Shown: in pieces, positions 25,091 to 37,891 of the stretch | Layout of the letters: each line of letters begins with the position of its first letter | Numbering within the stretch: the stretch's first letter is position 1 | Assembly (NCBI RefSeq): GCF_006345805.1 | Contig: NC_043003.1 | Location: forward strand, 105,648,001 to 105,712,000 | Length of the DNA: 64,000 nucleotides | Direction of reading: 5' to 3' | From: Octopus sinensis | Taxonomy: Eukaryota | Notes under the pieces: model-generated | What the model was told of the DNA's origin: nothing | Seen by the model: the letters and a program-made list of their open reading frames with translations, nothing else | The model's database searches: none | Translations under genes and position numbers: made by a program

Positions 25091-26820
25091 AAGCAACAAC
25101 GACAGTTGCTTTTTCTAAGCAAACATAGTGAGTTCTCTCAGATATGTCAGAGAACAGAGAAGGTGGAATTATCAGAAGAGGAGTTGGCTAGGGCAAAAAG
25201 GCATCTAACTAGAAATGGCCGGACAGTCCACCTTAACACACCAGAGGTAGTGCAAGAAAAAACGAGGTGTGAAGCAATAATATACAAATGTGTATCATTA
25301 AAGACATGAAAAATAGAAGGAGTTATGCAGGCTGAGGTCAAAAAATGCCTGAGACCTCTATAGAATCAAAAGTGTTATGTTGCCCACAATAAAAGCTTTG
25401 GCACAGGTGAGGTGAGGTTTTCAACTGAAGAACTGGTCAAAGAAAATGCTACAATAACCCTTAAAGCTGTGACGTTATATATGATTGCCAAGGCAGCGAG
25501 CTGGCAGAAACGTTAGCATGCTGGCCGAAATGCTTAGCGGTATTTCATCTGTCTTTACGTTCTGAGTTCAAATTTCGCCGAGGTCAACTTTGCCTTTCAT
25601 CCTTTCTGGGTTGATAAATCAAGTACTAGTTGCGTAGTGGGGTCAATCTAATTGACTGGTCCCCTCCCCCAAAATTTTGGGTCTTGGGCCTAGAGTAGAA
25701 AAGATTATATATGATTCCCACATACTTCAGTTGGAAGGTTGTTAAAGTGAAAGTAGCAGAGGTGTCACCAGAAGTGGACATCTCCTTGCTGGCAGCTGCA
25801 GTATTGTATGGCATAGAGGGAAGAATTAAAATTCTACAAATTCACAGATTTAAAAAAGAAAACTGGTATGGTACAGGGATAGAACTCTTGTTGCTTGCAG
25901 ATTTCCCAACTGCACAGGAGATTCCAGAACTAATAGAGCTCCCTGCAGGTGCAAAACTATTTGTAGCAGTAGAGGGTAGAAAGCAGAGATGCCACATTTC
26001 TGGGCAGACAAACCATTTAAAGACTTTCTATCTCAAGCAATCAAAAGAGAAAACCGTGCTGCTGCCGACACCTCCAACACAACAAAAGCAGAAGTACCAA
26101 CAGAGGTAGGTGGCCATTGGAGCAGCAACAACAACAGCAACACCAATCACAGCAGCAGCCATTCAAGAATTTGGACCTGGAGATCTCCATTTCCAGAAAC
26201 TTTGAGGGCCACCTCCCAGTGATGTTGGGCGTCAACAAAGAGCCCTCGACTACAACAAGTATTTTTTTTTCCAAGGTCTGGGGTCTCCCACCCCTAAGCC
26301 CTAGACCATCACCTAATCACCCTTACTCGGCTTGTTGCTTAACAACAACAACAACAACAGCAACAAACAACTCACCAACATCTATCTATGGCTTCCACAC
26401 ACGAAACAGTAACAAAAACAACAGCATCAGTACCCCCTAAAACAATAACAACCTTACCAACAAAGCACAAACCAAAAAACCCCTCAAGACTTTCTTTTCC
26501 CCTCTCCTGAACACTCAGATGTGTCCTGTGCAGAGGGAGAAGAAGAAGAGCCTAAATGGCAATAAGTTGCCAAGTCAAAAAGAAAAAGCAGCAAAAATAC
26601 ACCAACTAAAACACAAAAATCTGGCAGGTATGACAGTGAGGAGATACCTGACAAAACAAACCCACAAACACCTCCCTCATTAGCATCCCCATCAACACCA
26701 TCATCATCACCACCAAAAGCACAACCCACTTCACACACACAACTCACACCTTGCACACCCCAACACTAACAACACACAATCATCAACTACACAACAATAA
26801 ACACAAACAATAAAGATATA

Positions 26821-27245
26821 GGCGCAGGAGTGGCTTTGTGGTAAGTAGCTTTCTTACCAACCACATGGTTCTGGGTTCAGTCTCACTGCGTGGCATCTTG
26901 GGCAAGTGTCTTCTGCTATAGCCTCGGGCCGACCAATGCCTTGTGAGTGGATTTGGTAGACGGAAACTGAAAGAAGCCGGTCGTATATATGTATATATAT
27001 ATATATGTATATATATATATGTGTGTGTGTGTATGTTTGTGCGTCTGTGTTTGTCCCACCAACATCGCTTGACAACCGATGCTGGGGTGTTTACGTCCCC
27101 GTCACTTAGCGGTTCGGCAAAAAGAGACCGATAGAATAAGTACTGGGCTTACAAAGAATAAGTCCCGGGATTGATTTCCTCGACTAAAGGTGGTGCTCCA
27201 GCATGGCCACAGTCAAATGACTGAAACAAGTAAAAGAGTAAAGAG
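26821..27245 (+). mobile_element. tRNA-derived SINE family A with internal (TA)/(TG) microsatellite
   Basis: Head GGCGCAGGAGTGGCTGTGTGG (A box) ... GGTTCAGTCC (B box), tail (GAGTAAAA)n; highly repeated in the window. Confidence 0.9.
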
Positions 27246-27973
27246 TTAATAGCGCACATGTACAACTATACGAATGTCACAAACACTGGTTTCTTTGCAT
27301 TAACAAACAACACACCAACACACACAAAATTCCTGCTAACATCAGAAAATACATACAGCAAAATATCTTGAAGGAGTTGGGGGCCTTCAGAAAAGAAACC
27401 AACAAAAGTCTTTACTGCTTGTGGAAACCTCCACATATAACCATGGGGACAGAATAACCATCCATCCCTCACCAGTAAGTAGCCTGTTTCACTTCTATAC
27501 TTTGATCTAACATGGCCTCACTTATGATAGGCAGTATAAAAGCATGTGCCCTGGGGTCACCCTGAAAACAAGGCCATCTACTCAATGACCCCAGGTCATA
27601 AGTATCGATGTGGTGGCCATCAGTGAAACCAGACTCTCCAACCGACAAATGTTCATGCCCATTTTCGGTGGATACCAGATCTATTTATCTCCATGTCAAC
27701 CAGAGATGGAAGGGGGACCTACCATGTTGTTCCTGAGAGGCCTGGATCTCAAGATAAGGACTATCTTCCTGGACCCAGAAGGTAAGTTAGTGGTCTTGGA
27801 TGTGAACAGTAGTGATGAGGGTGCCCTCACACTGGTAGCTATTTAGGTTCCCACATGAGCAGGATACCCAAACTTCTTCAGATGTCTGGAAGTTTTCCTA
27901 AGAACGTTGTAACCTTTACTGTTAGTTGGCAATTGGAACGCCATCTTAAAGCCATGTTTGGACTGTGTGGGGC

Positions 27974-28388
27974 TCTTTTACTCTTTTATTTGCTTCAATC
28001 ATGTGATTGTGGCCATGCTGGAGCACCGCATTTAGTCGAGCAAATCGACCCCAGGACATATTCTTTGGAAGCCTAGTACTTATTCTATCAGTCTCTTTTG
28101 CCAAACTACTAAGTTATGGGGACGTAAACACACCAGCATCAGTTGTCAAGCAATGTTGGGGGACAAACACAGACACACACACGCATACATATACATATAT
28201 ATATATATTATATATATATATATACGACGGGCTTCTTTCAGTTTCTGTCTACTGAATCCACTCACAAGGCTTTGGTCAGCCCGAGGCTATAGTAGAAGAC
28301 ACTTGCCCAAGGTGCCACGCAGTGGTACTGAACCCGGAACCATGTGGTCGGTAAGCAAGCTACTTACCACACAGCTACTCCTACACCT
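27974..28388 (-). mobile_element. SINE family A
   Basis: Reverse-complement full-length copy. Confidence 0.9.
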
Positions 28389-29959
28389 ATACAAAATGTA
28401 TCCATCAACATCAAAATGTATCCATCAACAGTGAATTGACGAATTACTTCAATCAAAGTTAATATAAAAATAAAATTGAGACAGCAGGGAAGGAATTTGG
28501 GGATTTCATCCTCCAGATCACAAGGAACAGAATATTTGTTAGGAAGATCGCTTACTCAACTATCACAGGTAACCTAAAAAAGATGCAATAGCCATCAACA
28601 AGACCAGGATTTCTACTGTGTACATAATAGCACTCATATTCAATAACTGAGATATTCTCAACTTGTAGGTTTTCAGGATCAGAAAGCAGTGCTTTTCCAG
28701 AAATCCTTACATTTCAAAGAATGGACAGTCTTCTTGGACCCAGACAGCAGGTTGGAAATATTCCTGGGAACATCTTGTTCTTTAGTGGGAAATTAGAATT
28801 GCATTTTGGATGCACAGAACAACTGAGCGGGGATAGTGCATAGCGGAATTGGTGGTAAAAGCCTTGAAAACCTATTCAAAAACTTCCAGTTGTCTGACAG
28901 ATATCAACTGGATTTCCCTGACATGCCAGGGTTGACATGTAGCAACCACAACAAGTCATCCATCCAGATAGAGTATTTGTTAGGCTAGTGAATAGGGAAA
29001 GCATAGCATGGCTTCATTTTAAACTGATTGGCTATACAGGTTACAAATTTGTGATCTGCTCAGTCAATTTATATAGGACCCATAGACAGGGACTCAGTTA
29101 CTGGAAGTTGAATGCATCCTTACTAGCATGCAAAATCTACAGGGACCAGATTAGGGAACTAGTTGAGTGGCAGTTAATGGAGGCAATTATGCAGTTCTAA
29201 TTTGCCCTGAAGAAAATAGAATCAGTAGCATTCAGCAAAGAGTTATCAATAGAAAGAAATATATTTCTTTACTACCCGCAAGGGGCTAAACAGAGAGGGG
29301 ACAAACAAGGACAGACAAACGGATTAAGTCGATTACATTGACCCCAGTGCGTAACTAGTACTTAATTTATCGACTCCCGAAAGGATGAAAGACAAAGTCA
29401 ACCTCGGCGGAATTTGAACTCAGAGTGTAACGCCAGACGAAATAGATTGGAGGGAGAAGTGGTTAGCAAAGTAGAAGTGGAAGTTAGTAAAGGAATCCCA
29501 ACTGACATGCTAGCAGCAGGAATGGCACTGGACCATTTCTTCAAGGTGAATCATGAAGGCTTTATTGTCAGAGCTAAGGCCTGTGCACCCAATCATGAAG
29601 GAACTAAAACCATCCAATGGGCCTGGACAGTGGAGACATAACATGGCAACAAAACCACAATCAGTCTTTGATGTGCCAGGACAGGCTCATGTTACTCAGT
29701 TCCGAGATGTGTGTGGCCTTCCAGATGCACTTCACATAGCTGTTTGAGTTGGACAATGGGTCAACAACAGTAGTGGACTTTATTTCATACCTGGACAGCC
29801 TGCCTCAGCACTCAGCAGCAGACACAAGCTTCTACAAAAATCTGTGGAAATATGGAAGGCAATGAACTATTGGATGGTGTGCACTATTAATTCTATGAGT
29901 TCATGTCAGATTTGTTTGGCAGCCTCATGACACACATATGCATATATTTCTGCATGTGT

Positions 29960-30777
29960 GTGTTTACCTCCAACCCCAGAAAAGAACTGTTGCAAAAACA
30001 GGGTGACTGGATATTCAGCTATGTCAACATCAGCCTCTACACATCTGCAAGAAAATATTTTCTCTCAGCCTGGAGATATTTTCAAGGAAGATTACAAACA
30101 GACAACATCACTTGTATAACAATAATACGTAGTTTACACTTAGCTAGCAATATCAAGAGAAAGTGACAGAACCAAGACACACACACACGTGTACAGTCAC
30201 CGGAAATAACTTGCACGGACACCGGAAATACATCTGACATCACCAGAGAAAACAAAGCAACTACCCCCAGCGACTTGCCTGACTTTTCATTGGACAAAAG
30301 CTACCTACCTGCCATTCTATTGGACACTGGCTAAACATCACTGCTGATATTTTTGTATAAATAGACATCATAAATCGCTGTAGAAGCAGTTGGCTTTTTG
30401 GCATTCGACTGATGTAAATCGTGTCATCTCGCCTTCCACGCTTGCCACTCACGCCGCCTTGAACCTTTGTACTGCTATTTCACGCCTGAAATAAATCGCT
30501 GTATAAACTTACACCTCTTGTCTGCTCGTCCTTTCAACTACTGCTTTCGTCTGTCCAGTTTTGCTGATTACAACCACAGTCCTTTTCAGGGCTAATTCAA
30601 GTCTGATCTGAATGCAATAACAGTCCTTTTTAGGACTACTCTCAGATCCGATCTAATTGGGATAGCAGTCCTTTTTAGGACTATTCTTGGATCGGATCTA
30701 ATTGCGATAACCGTCCTTTTAAGGGCTACCCCCAGATCAGACCAGAAGTAGTGGCCAAGAATCTTACCCGCTACACA
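29960..30777 (+). mobile_element. Possible solo LTR
   Basis: Two ATTGG (CCAAT) boxes, TATAAATA near 30356, AATAAA near 30490, internal 44-45 bp repeats, ends ...CTACACA. Boundaries are uncertain. Confidence 0.4.
30578..30742. repeat. 44-45 bp minisatellite, about 3.7 units
   Basis: (A/C)GTCCTTTT..G..CTA..C..GATC.GATCT units start at 30578, 30622, 30667 and 30712. Confidence 0.85.
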
Positions 30778-31721
30778 CATGTGATGACCTTCTTTTCAGT
30801 TTCCGTTTACCAGATCTACTGACAAAACCTTGGTCAGCCCAGGGCTAGAGTAGAAGACACTGAGGCATCACACAGCCACACACTCTTTTACTTGTTTCAG
30901 TCATTTGACTGTGGCCATGCTGGAGCACTGCCTTTAGTCAATCCAAATTTTTCCTCATTATATTCCGAAATCACATTCAACTTTCTACAGATACCCTAGC
31001 GTAGTACTACTAAACTACGTAGTGTTCATTTCTACCCAAGAAGTGGCGCAGGGGTGATCAACATTGACTTACAAACACACACACACACACACATGTATGC
31101 TGGGCTTCTATACATTTGTCGCATCATCACTGAAATAATAACATGGACGGGAAAGACTTCTGCCCTCCATCATAAGTACGGGGCTGTAATTTGTTAAGGA
31201 GTTTCAAAACTAGATGTTGCTTTATTTTCATATATAACATGTAAACATGTATATCTTTCAGAACATTGTCTTTTTATAAGATTTTGCTGGCAAATTCTAA
31301 AATCAACATAAACATTTATTTACAGGAAACAAAATTACCGGAAAACTTTCTTCTAATTCTTCCAAATTTTTCTGCTAAAATGTATTGAAACTGTAACATA
31401 GCTTGGTGACATCTTTACTGTTTGAGAAATACATTAGAAATAATGTTGTAGCAGATAACAGTTAACTTTTGGCCACTATTTGGACCCTGTTGTGTCCACT
31501 GCTCCGATTGGTTGGCATTGGCACAACCTCACTTTTATATATAAAGATATCAAAATCAAAGTAGCTAACTGGATTACCCACTGTAATATTTCAGCAGATG
31601 TTATTTTAGGTGGTTTTCTTCTGGGGTTAAATAATGCAAATTTTAAATTGCCGTTATTACTGATGAATAAATAAGTCGTATTTTATACCTACATAAAGGA
31701 ATAAAATGACATCTTTATATA

Positions 31722-32238
31722 TCTATATATATAAAACTCTAGTTGTGTGAGTGTCTGTCCCCTTCGATTTAGATTCCTAACTACTCCCACATTTTGCGGT
31801 GCAGTTTAACCAAATTCGGGTATCTTGTAGTCGTGATTCATATCGAGCCCGTCTGAGTATTAGCGTGCGTCTACGATGAGTCTACGATTTTAAAAATAAT
31901 TTAACATCATTTTTTATTCCATTTTAATGCATAATTTTTCGTGTGTCGATGGCGGCGGAGTTGGCGTCCACGCTCAAACACCTGCACCTGTGTTTGCTTC
32001 TCCCCCTTCTTCCCTCCCTCGTGAAGCTGTGGGGAAGGGAGTTTAAGGAAATCAACGTCGTAATGCGTTGTCAAGGAGACCAGCGTTCTTTTAGAACAAC
32101 GACTTCATGGCTTGAAGACACCAAAACAGAAATGGCTAAGAAAGCCCGAATTGGCATCTATAAAGGAAGTAACTCTCTAAAAATGCTTATATAGTTATTT
32201 CCCTTACAAACCCGAGCAACGCCGGGCGATACTGCTAG
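31722..32238 (+). mobile_element. Non-autonomous Helitron, copy 1
   Basis: 5' TC-TATATATATAAAA, subterminal GC hairpin CCCGAGCAACGCCGGG, 3' CTAG, no TSD. Confidence 0.8.
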
Positions 32239-32631
32239 TCTATATATATAAAAGTCAAGTTGTGTGTCTGTCTCCTACGATTTAGATTCCTAACTACTCC
32301 CACATTTTGCAGTGCAGTTTAACCAAATTCGGGTATCTTATAGTCATGATTCATATCGAGCCCTTCTGGGTATTAGCGCGCGTCTACGATGAGTCTACGA
32401 TTTAAAAAAATTTACCATCATTTATTCCCATTTTTAATGCATTTTTTTTGCTATTATATAAGGGAAGTAACTCTCAAAAATGTATTGTTAAATCTAAGAA
32501 CGTAAAAAGCTACAGTAACACCCCCCTTTGTGGTTAGCCATATTGAGATGGCTATTATACTTTACATCTCTAAAAATGCTTACATAGTTATTTCCCTTAC
32601 AAACCCGAGCAACGCCGGGCGATACTGCTAG
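32239..32631 (+). mobile_element. Non-autonomous Helitron, copy 2 (head-to-tail with copy 1)
   Basis: Same termini; CTAG|TC junction; followed by T. Confidence 0.8.
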
Positions 32632-33366
32632 TATGGAATAAAGTATGAGTTGAGACTACAAATCTATGCAACACCCTGACTTTGTTTCTTTGTAACATTC
32701 TCAAAAATGCGTATTTTTTTATGAAGATACCTTTTAGATGGTGTAAATTAGGGTTCTATCGGAATTTTCTGTGGGGAACTATTTCGGAACGAGGGATGAG
32801 AAGGGTTTTGGATAATTCACACATCTTGATTTATTCCTTCATAACTTCCTGAAAAATTTACATTTTTTAAATAAAATTTTCTGCAATTTCATTTTAAGTG
32901 GTGTTATGTTACGATTATATCGGAATCCGATGCAACGAAAATTGGGATAGAGTTTCGGATAATTCACACACTTCGACTTTATTTCCTCATACATTCTGAT
33001 GAAGTGTGGGAATTATTCACCTCCCACCACCACCCACTCCATATTTTTGTTGTTTTTTTTTTGTTATCATCAAATTCCGCTATAATCGTAACCTACACCA
33101 CATTTGTTGCAAATTTTATTAAATTTTAGAATAGTTATTTTCAGCTGCAGATAGATCGTAATAAGTATAGGACAAGACTTGGTCAAACCCTTTAGTCTGA
33201 CCCAGCTAACCGGTTAGCATTAGGTGATTGTTGCAGCTTCGAACACCGATACCAATAAATATGGTATCTTGTGTTGTAGTGAATGCTCCAGCTATTTCAT
33301 ATCACACTTAAGGCCATCAGAAACCAGGATCATTGCTTAATCTCATTTCTATACATTAACATTCAT

Positions 33367-33380
33367 ATTACTATGGCAAC
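33367..33380 (+). promoter_or_regulatory. RFX X-box upstream of tectonic gene
   Basis: ATTACT-AT-GGCAAC fits the RTHNYY-WT-RRNRAC X-box consensus of ciliary genes, about 240 bp upstream of the ATG. Confidence 0.75.
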
Positions 33381-33620
33381 AACAGCGTTCACACTTTGTC
33401 GCCAAGGTATTCAGCGCAGAGTTTTTAAAAAAAATTAATTCTAATTATTTATATACCAATACTTCTATCATATATTTCACATCTAGAATATAATTCTTAA
33501 TTTTACTAACAGAATATATACATTTTCTATCCATATTTTTACTATTTGAACGAATTTTATTTATGTTGTTTCCAAATTATAGAACCGCAGTCAATCAAAC
33601 CAAGCGCGGCAGCCACTGTC

Positions 33621-33834
33621 ATGGACTGCTTAATTTGCACGTGGAAATGGTTTCTATTCGTGTTATTTCTTCATCAAATTTTATCACAAGTCACCAATGA
33701 CACAAATAGCACCACTTCATCAATTACAACACTTAGTTCTGTTACTAAAAGGGCTGTTACAAAGGCAGAGACCACGTCCGTTACGAAAGCACCGTTGCCA
33801 ACGCAACCGCCGACCGACATTCCACCAAATACAG
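33621..33834 (+). CDS. TCTN1: Tectonic family protein, coding exon 1 (signal peptide + Thr/Ser/Pro-rich stalk)
   Basis: MDCLICTWKWFLFVLFLHQILSQVTNDTNSTTSS...PPTDIPPNT; CAG|GTTGGT phase-1 donor fits exon 2. Paralogue number is not resolvable (tectonic-1/3-like). Confidence 0.8.
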
Positions 33835-33934
33835 GTTGGTAAACAAACACCCCGTTGTAACAAAGAACTCTCTCTCTCTCTCTTTCGTTCTTTATACGTG
33901 TGTGTTTATGTATATAAACTATATATATATATAT

Positions 33935-34517
33935 GGTACTATTTAAGAAGAGTGGTCCCGGTGTGCGCACTCGCGTACTCGCGCATCCGCGCTAGCTAGT
34001 CGTGACTAGTCGATCCTACAACGCCTACCTAGCAAAGTAAATAAAACAAAAAAATATATAATTTTCTTAAACAAAGTGTGGTAAGTAGCTTGTTTACCAA
34101 CCACATGGTTCCGGGTTCAGTCCCACTGTGTGGCACCTTGGGCAAGTGTCTTCTACTATAGCCCCGGGCCGACCAAAGCCTTGTGAGTGGATTTGGTAGA
34201 CGGAAACTGAAAGAAGCCCGTCGTATGTATGTATATATATATATATATATATATGTATGCGTGTGTGTGTTTGTCCCCCTAGCATTGCTTGACAACCGAT
34301 GCTGGTGTGTTTATGTCCCCGTTACTTAGCGGTTCGACAAAAGAGACCGATAGAATAAGTACTGGGCTTACAAAAGAATAAGTCCCGGGGTCGAGTTGCT
34401 CGATTAAAGGCGGTACTCCAGCATGGCCGCAGTCAAATGACTGAAACTAATAAAAGAGTAAAGTAAATAAGTCAAAAACACAAAGTAAGGATCGACTAGT
34501 CACGACAAGCTAGTACC
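33935..34517. mobile_element. Merlin-type MITE (right TIR internally deleted) containing a SINE A at 34078-34460
   Basis: GGTACTATTTAAGAAGAG left end, long subterminal inverted repeats, ...TAGTACC right end; inserted in (TA)n. Confidence 0.75.
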
Positions 34518-35158
34518 TATATATATATATATTTATATTCATATATATATACACACACACAATCCTTCATGTTAAGGATTGCTGGTTGACTGTTAGAATC
34601 GGTTGTGCATTGGACTAAATATCTAATAGTAAATTAATTCATCTATATTCATAGTTTGAATTACACTGTAATTGACAGTCCATCCATCTGGAATTGATCA
34701 AATAATCTGTATCCTGAGTATCACTTTAAATTGCATTTAGTAGTAGGGTCCTGGTTTAAGGAGTTCCAGAGTTTTGAGGAATGTTCTGAACCTCCTCAGG
34801 TTTACTTTGACCTAGAGTAATAGCGTTTGTCAGGGTTCCCAGCTATGGGTTAATTAACATGTCATGGAATTACTTCTGGAAGGAGATCACCTCATCGGAT
34901 CCAGAGCGGATGAGGCCCCTCGGCTTTTTATTTGCCCATCTAACGGTAACTCGGTACTACTTAAGAAGAGTTGGGGACATTGTCGAAATAGACGAACCTT
35001 TGATGTGCAAAAGGAAATATAATAGGGTCAGAATAACAGTGGAGAGGTGGGGTTTGGGAGGATGGGACAGAGAAGACAAAATAGGAATTTGTGACTGATC
35101 GTTCCTCCAAAACTCTGCTCCCCCTCATCAGAAAGTATATAAAACCATGAATACTATA

Positions 35159-35319
35159 GGTGCAGGAGTGGCTGTGTGGTAAGTAGCTTGCTTACCAACC
35201 ACATGGTTCTGGGTTCAGTCCCACTGCGTGGCACCTTGGGTATGTGACTTCTATTATAGCCTCGAGCCGACCAAAGCCTTGTGAGTGGATTTGGGAGACG
35301 GAAACTGAAAGAAGCCCAT

Positions 35320-35352
<33 letters not shown>

Positions 35353-35540
35353 CGCAACATTGCTTGACAATCGATGCTGGTGTGTGTTTACGTCCCCGTA
35401 ACTTAGCAGTTCAGCAAAAGAGACCGATAGAATAAGTACTAGGCTTACAAAGAATAAGTCCTGGGGTCGATTTGCTCGACTAAAGGCGGTGCTCCAGCAT
35501 GGCTGCAGTCAAACGACTGAAACAAGTAAAAGAGTAAAAG
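35159..35540 (+). mobile_element. SINE family A
   Basis: Full-length copy. Confidence 0.9.
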
Positions 35541-35774
35541 AATCCATCGTTTGTTGGAGCAGATGCAATGGAATAATTGAAATTGATGGTGAACCACGGC
35601 ATTCCCATTTCAAAGTCAATCAAAAAGAAAACTTGGTGCCGGTGCAGTATGTGATCTTCAGCAACTTAAATCCAGACTAGCGTGTGATCTACATTCAAAA
35701 TTTTGTTATAAATTTGCAATTATAATTAGAGGAGTGAGTTAAACATTCAAAAAATAAAAGAAAAATTAAAATTA

Positions 35775-36170
35775 TTTACTCTTTTACTCTTTTATTTGTT
35801 TCAGTCATTTGACTGCGGCCATGCTGGAGCACCACCTTTAGTCGAGCAAATCGACCCCGGGACTTATTCTTTGTAAGCCCAGTACTTATTCTATCGGTCT
35901 CTTTTGCCGAACCGCTAAGTGACAGGGATGTAAACACACCAGCATCGGTTTTCAAGCAATGCTAGTGGGACAAACACACATACACACATATATATATACA
36001 TATATACGACCGGCTTCTTTCAGTTTCCATCTACCAAATCCACTCACAAGGCATTGATCGGCCCGGGGCTATAGCAGAAGACACTTGCCCAAGATGCCAC
36101 GCAGTGGGACTGAACCCAGAACCATGTGGTTGTTTAGCAAGCTACTTACCACACAGCCACTCCTGCACCT
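35775..36170 (-). mobile_element. SINE family A
   Basis: Full-length inverted copy. Confidence 0.9.
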
Positions 36171-36388
36171 ATTTATTGATTTTTATTTCATACCAGAAAC
36201 ATGAATACTGTGTATTCTTTTGCTCTCATCACGACTTCTTTTAATGGTCTCAAGACTAAAAGTGTTTAAATCAGAAAAGTTTTTTTGGTTTATATACCAA
36301 ACCAACTGGAAGTTGAGTAAATAGATGAATTTTAAATGTAGATCACAAGCAATACCAGAAACATGTATGGAGATCACATACAATACCA

Positions 36389-36790
36389 GGCGCAGGAGTG
36401 GCTGTGTGGTAAGTAGCTTGCTAACCAACCACATGGTTCCGGGTTCAGTCCCACTGTGTGGCATCTTGGGCAAGTGTCTTCTGCTATAGCCCTGGGCCGA
36501 CCAATGCCTTGTGAGTGGATTTGGTAGACGGAAACTGAAAGAAGCCGGTCGTATATATGTATATATATATATATGTATATGTGTATGTGTCTGTGTTTGT
36601 CCCCCTAGCATTGCTTGACAACCGATGCTGGTGTGTTTACGTCCCCGTCACTTAGCGGTTCGGCAAAAGAGACCGATAGAATAAGTACTGGGCTTACAAA
36701 GAATAAGTCCCGGGGTCGATTTGCTCGACTAAAGGCGGTGCTCCAGCATGGCCGCAGTCAAATGACTGAAACAAGTAAAAGAGTAAAGAG
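36389..36790 (+). mobile_element. SINE family A (young; TSD AATACCAG)
   Basis: Full-length copy with flanking direct repeat. Confidence 0.9.
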
Positions 36791-37515
36791 TAATACCAGC
36801 ACTGAAAACTTTGTGGATCCAGTACTTGAAGTGCAAACCAGCTCAGTTGAATGTTACTGGAAAAATGCAAAACACAGATTCAAGAGTATGATGGGAGTAC
36901 ACAACCACCCCCCATTTACAGTTTACATATATTTATACATGTGGAGGGTTTCTCTTATCGTGGGTGCCCCTGACGTGCGTGCACGTGTCCGTCTACTGAC
37001 TGGCACGGGTGCACACGTTGGGTCCACTCTTCTTAAGTAGTTCTGTTAACTCTATACAAATCTTGCATTCTGATAGCTACTGGGTTTGTGACCCTTATTG
37101 TATCAAATCAGTACAAGTCTGAAGGCCGAGAGAGTGGGGCCGGCTCTGCACAAAACATGCCCACTATAATGATAAACCGCTGATACCTTGTGGGGTAATT
37201 TACTGAATGTTTAAAAATGGCTGAGGGAGTAAACTCCTACAGAAAATCTGAATCCTAGGACAGATAATAGGCATCTCCCTGCGGATCTATGGATGCTGCA
37301 AACATACTGGCTTGTTGTTCCTTTGTAATGTGTCCACAAGTGGAGAAGTGTTGCATGTACTTGGGGCTCAGTACTTGCTTCCAAGTGCAGTGGAATTGGT
37401 TAAGTCTCTGTCTCTGCAGAACCATTGATCAACTATGGAGAAGATCAACTGTTAGGCAGGTCTGGATTTAAAGTCAGTTTAATTGATTATCCTTCATTTG
37501 TTTTACATTTACTTA

Positions 37516-37859
37516 GGTACTACTTAAGAAGAGTGGTCCCGGTGTGCGCATCCGCGCTAGCTAGTTGTGACAAGTCGATCCTACAACGACTCCCTAGCAA
37601 AGTAAATAAAACACAAAATAAATATTTTTTTACACAAAGTAAATAATTTTTTTAAACAAAGTAACATAGGCGCAGGAGTGGCTGTGTGGTAAGTAGCTTG
37701 CTAACCAACCACATGGTTCCGGGTTCAGTCCCACTGCGTGGCACCTTGGGCAAGTGTCTTCTGCTATAGCCCCGGGCCGACCAATGCCTTGTGAGTGGAT
37801 TTGGTTGACGGAAACTGAAAGAAACCTGTCATATATATGTATATATATATATATATATA

Positions 37860-37891
<32 letters not shown>

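Larger units (their letters stand above)
25100..29900 (+). mobile_element. Degenerate L1-clade (Tx1-like) LINE interrupted by SINEs
   Basis: ORF1-like region 25380-26800. APE start MASLMIGSI..., DVVAISETRL and GKLVVLDV at 27512-27950; G..NCILD and QGLSYWKLNASLL at 28780-29130. Confidence 0.7.
34953..37044 (+). mobile_element. Merlin (IS1016/ISXO2-like) transposon deletion derivative with three nested SINEs
   Basis: TIR GGTACTACTTAAGAAGAG / CTCTTCTTAAGTAGTTCT; 8-bp TSD GGTAACTC/GTTAACTC. Transposase remnants GDIVEIDEPLMCKRKYNR...W..GG.DR and NFVDP..EVQTSSVECYWKNAK. Confidence 0.85.
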
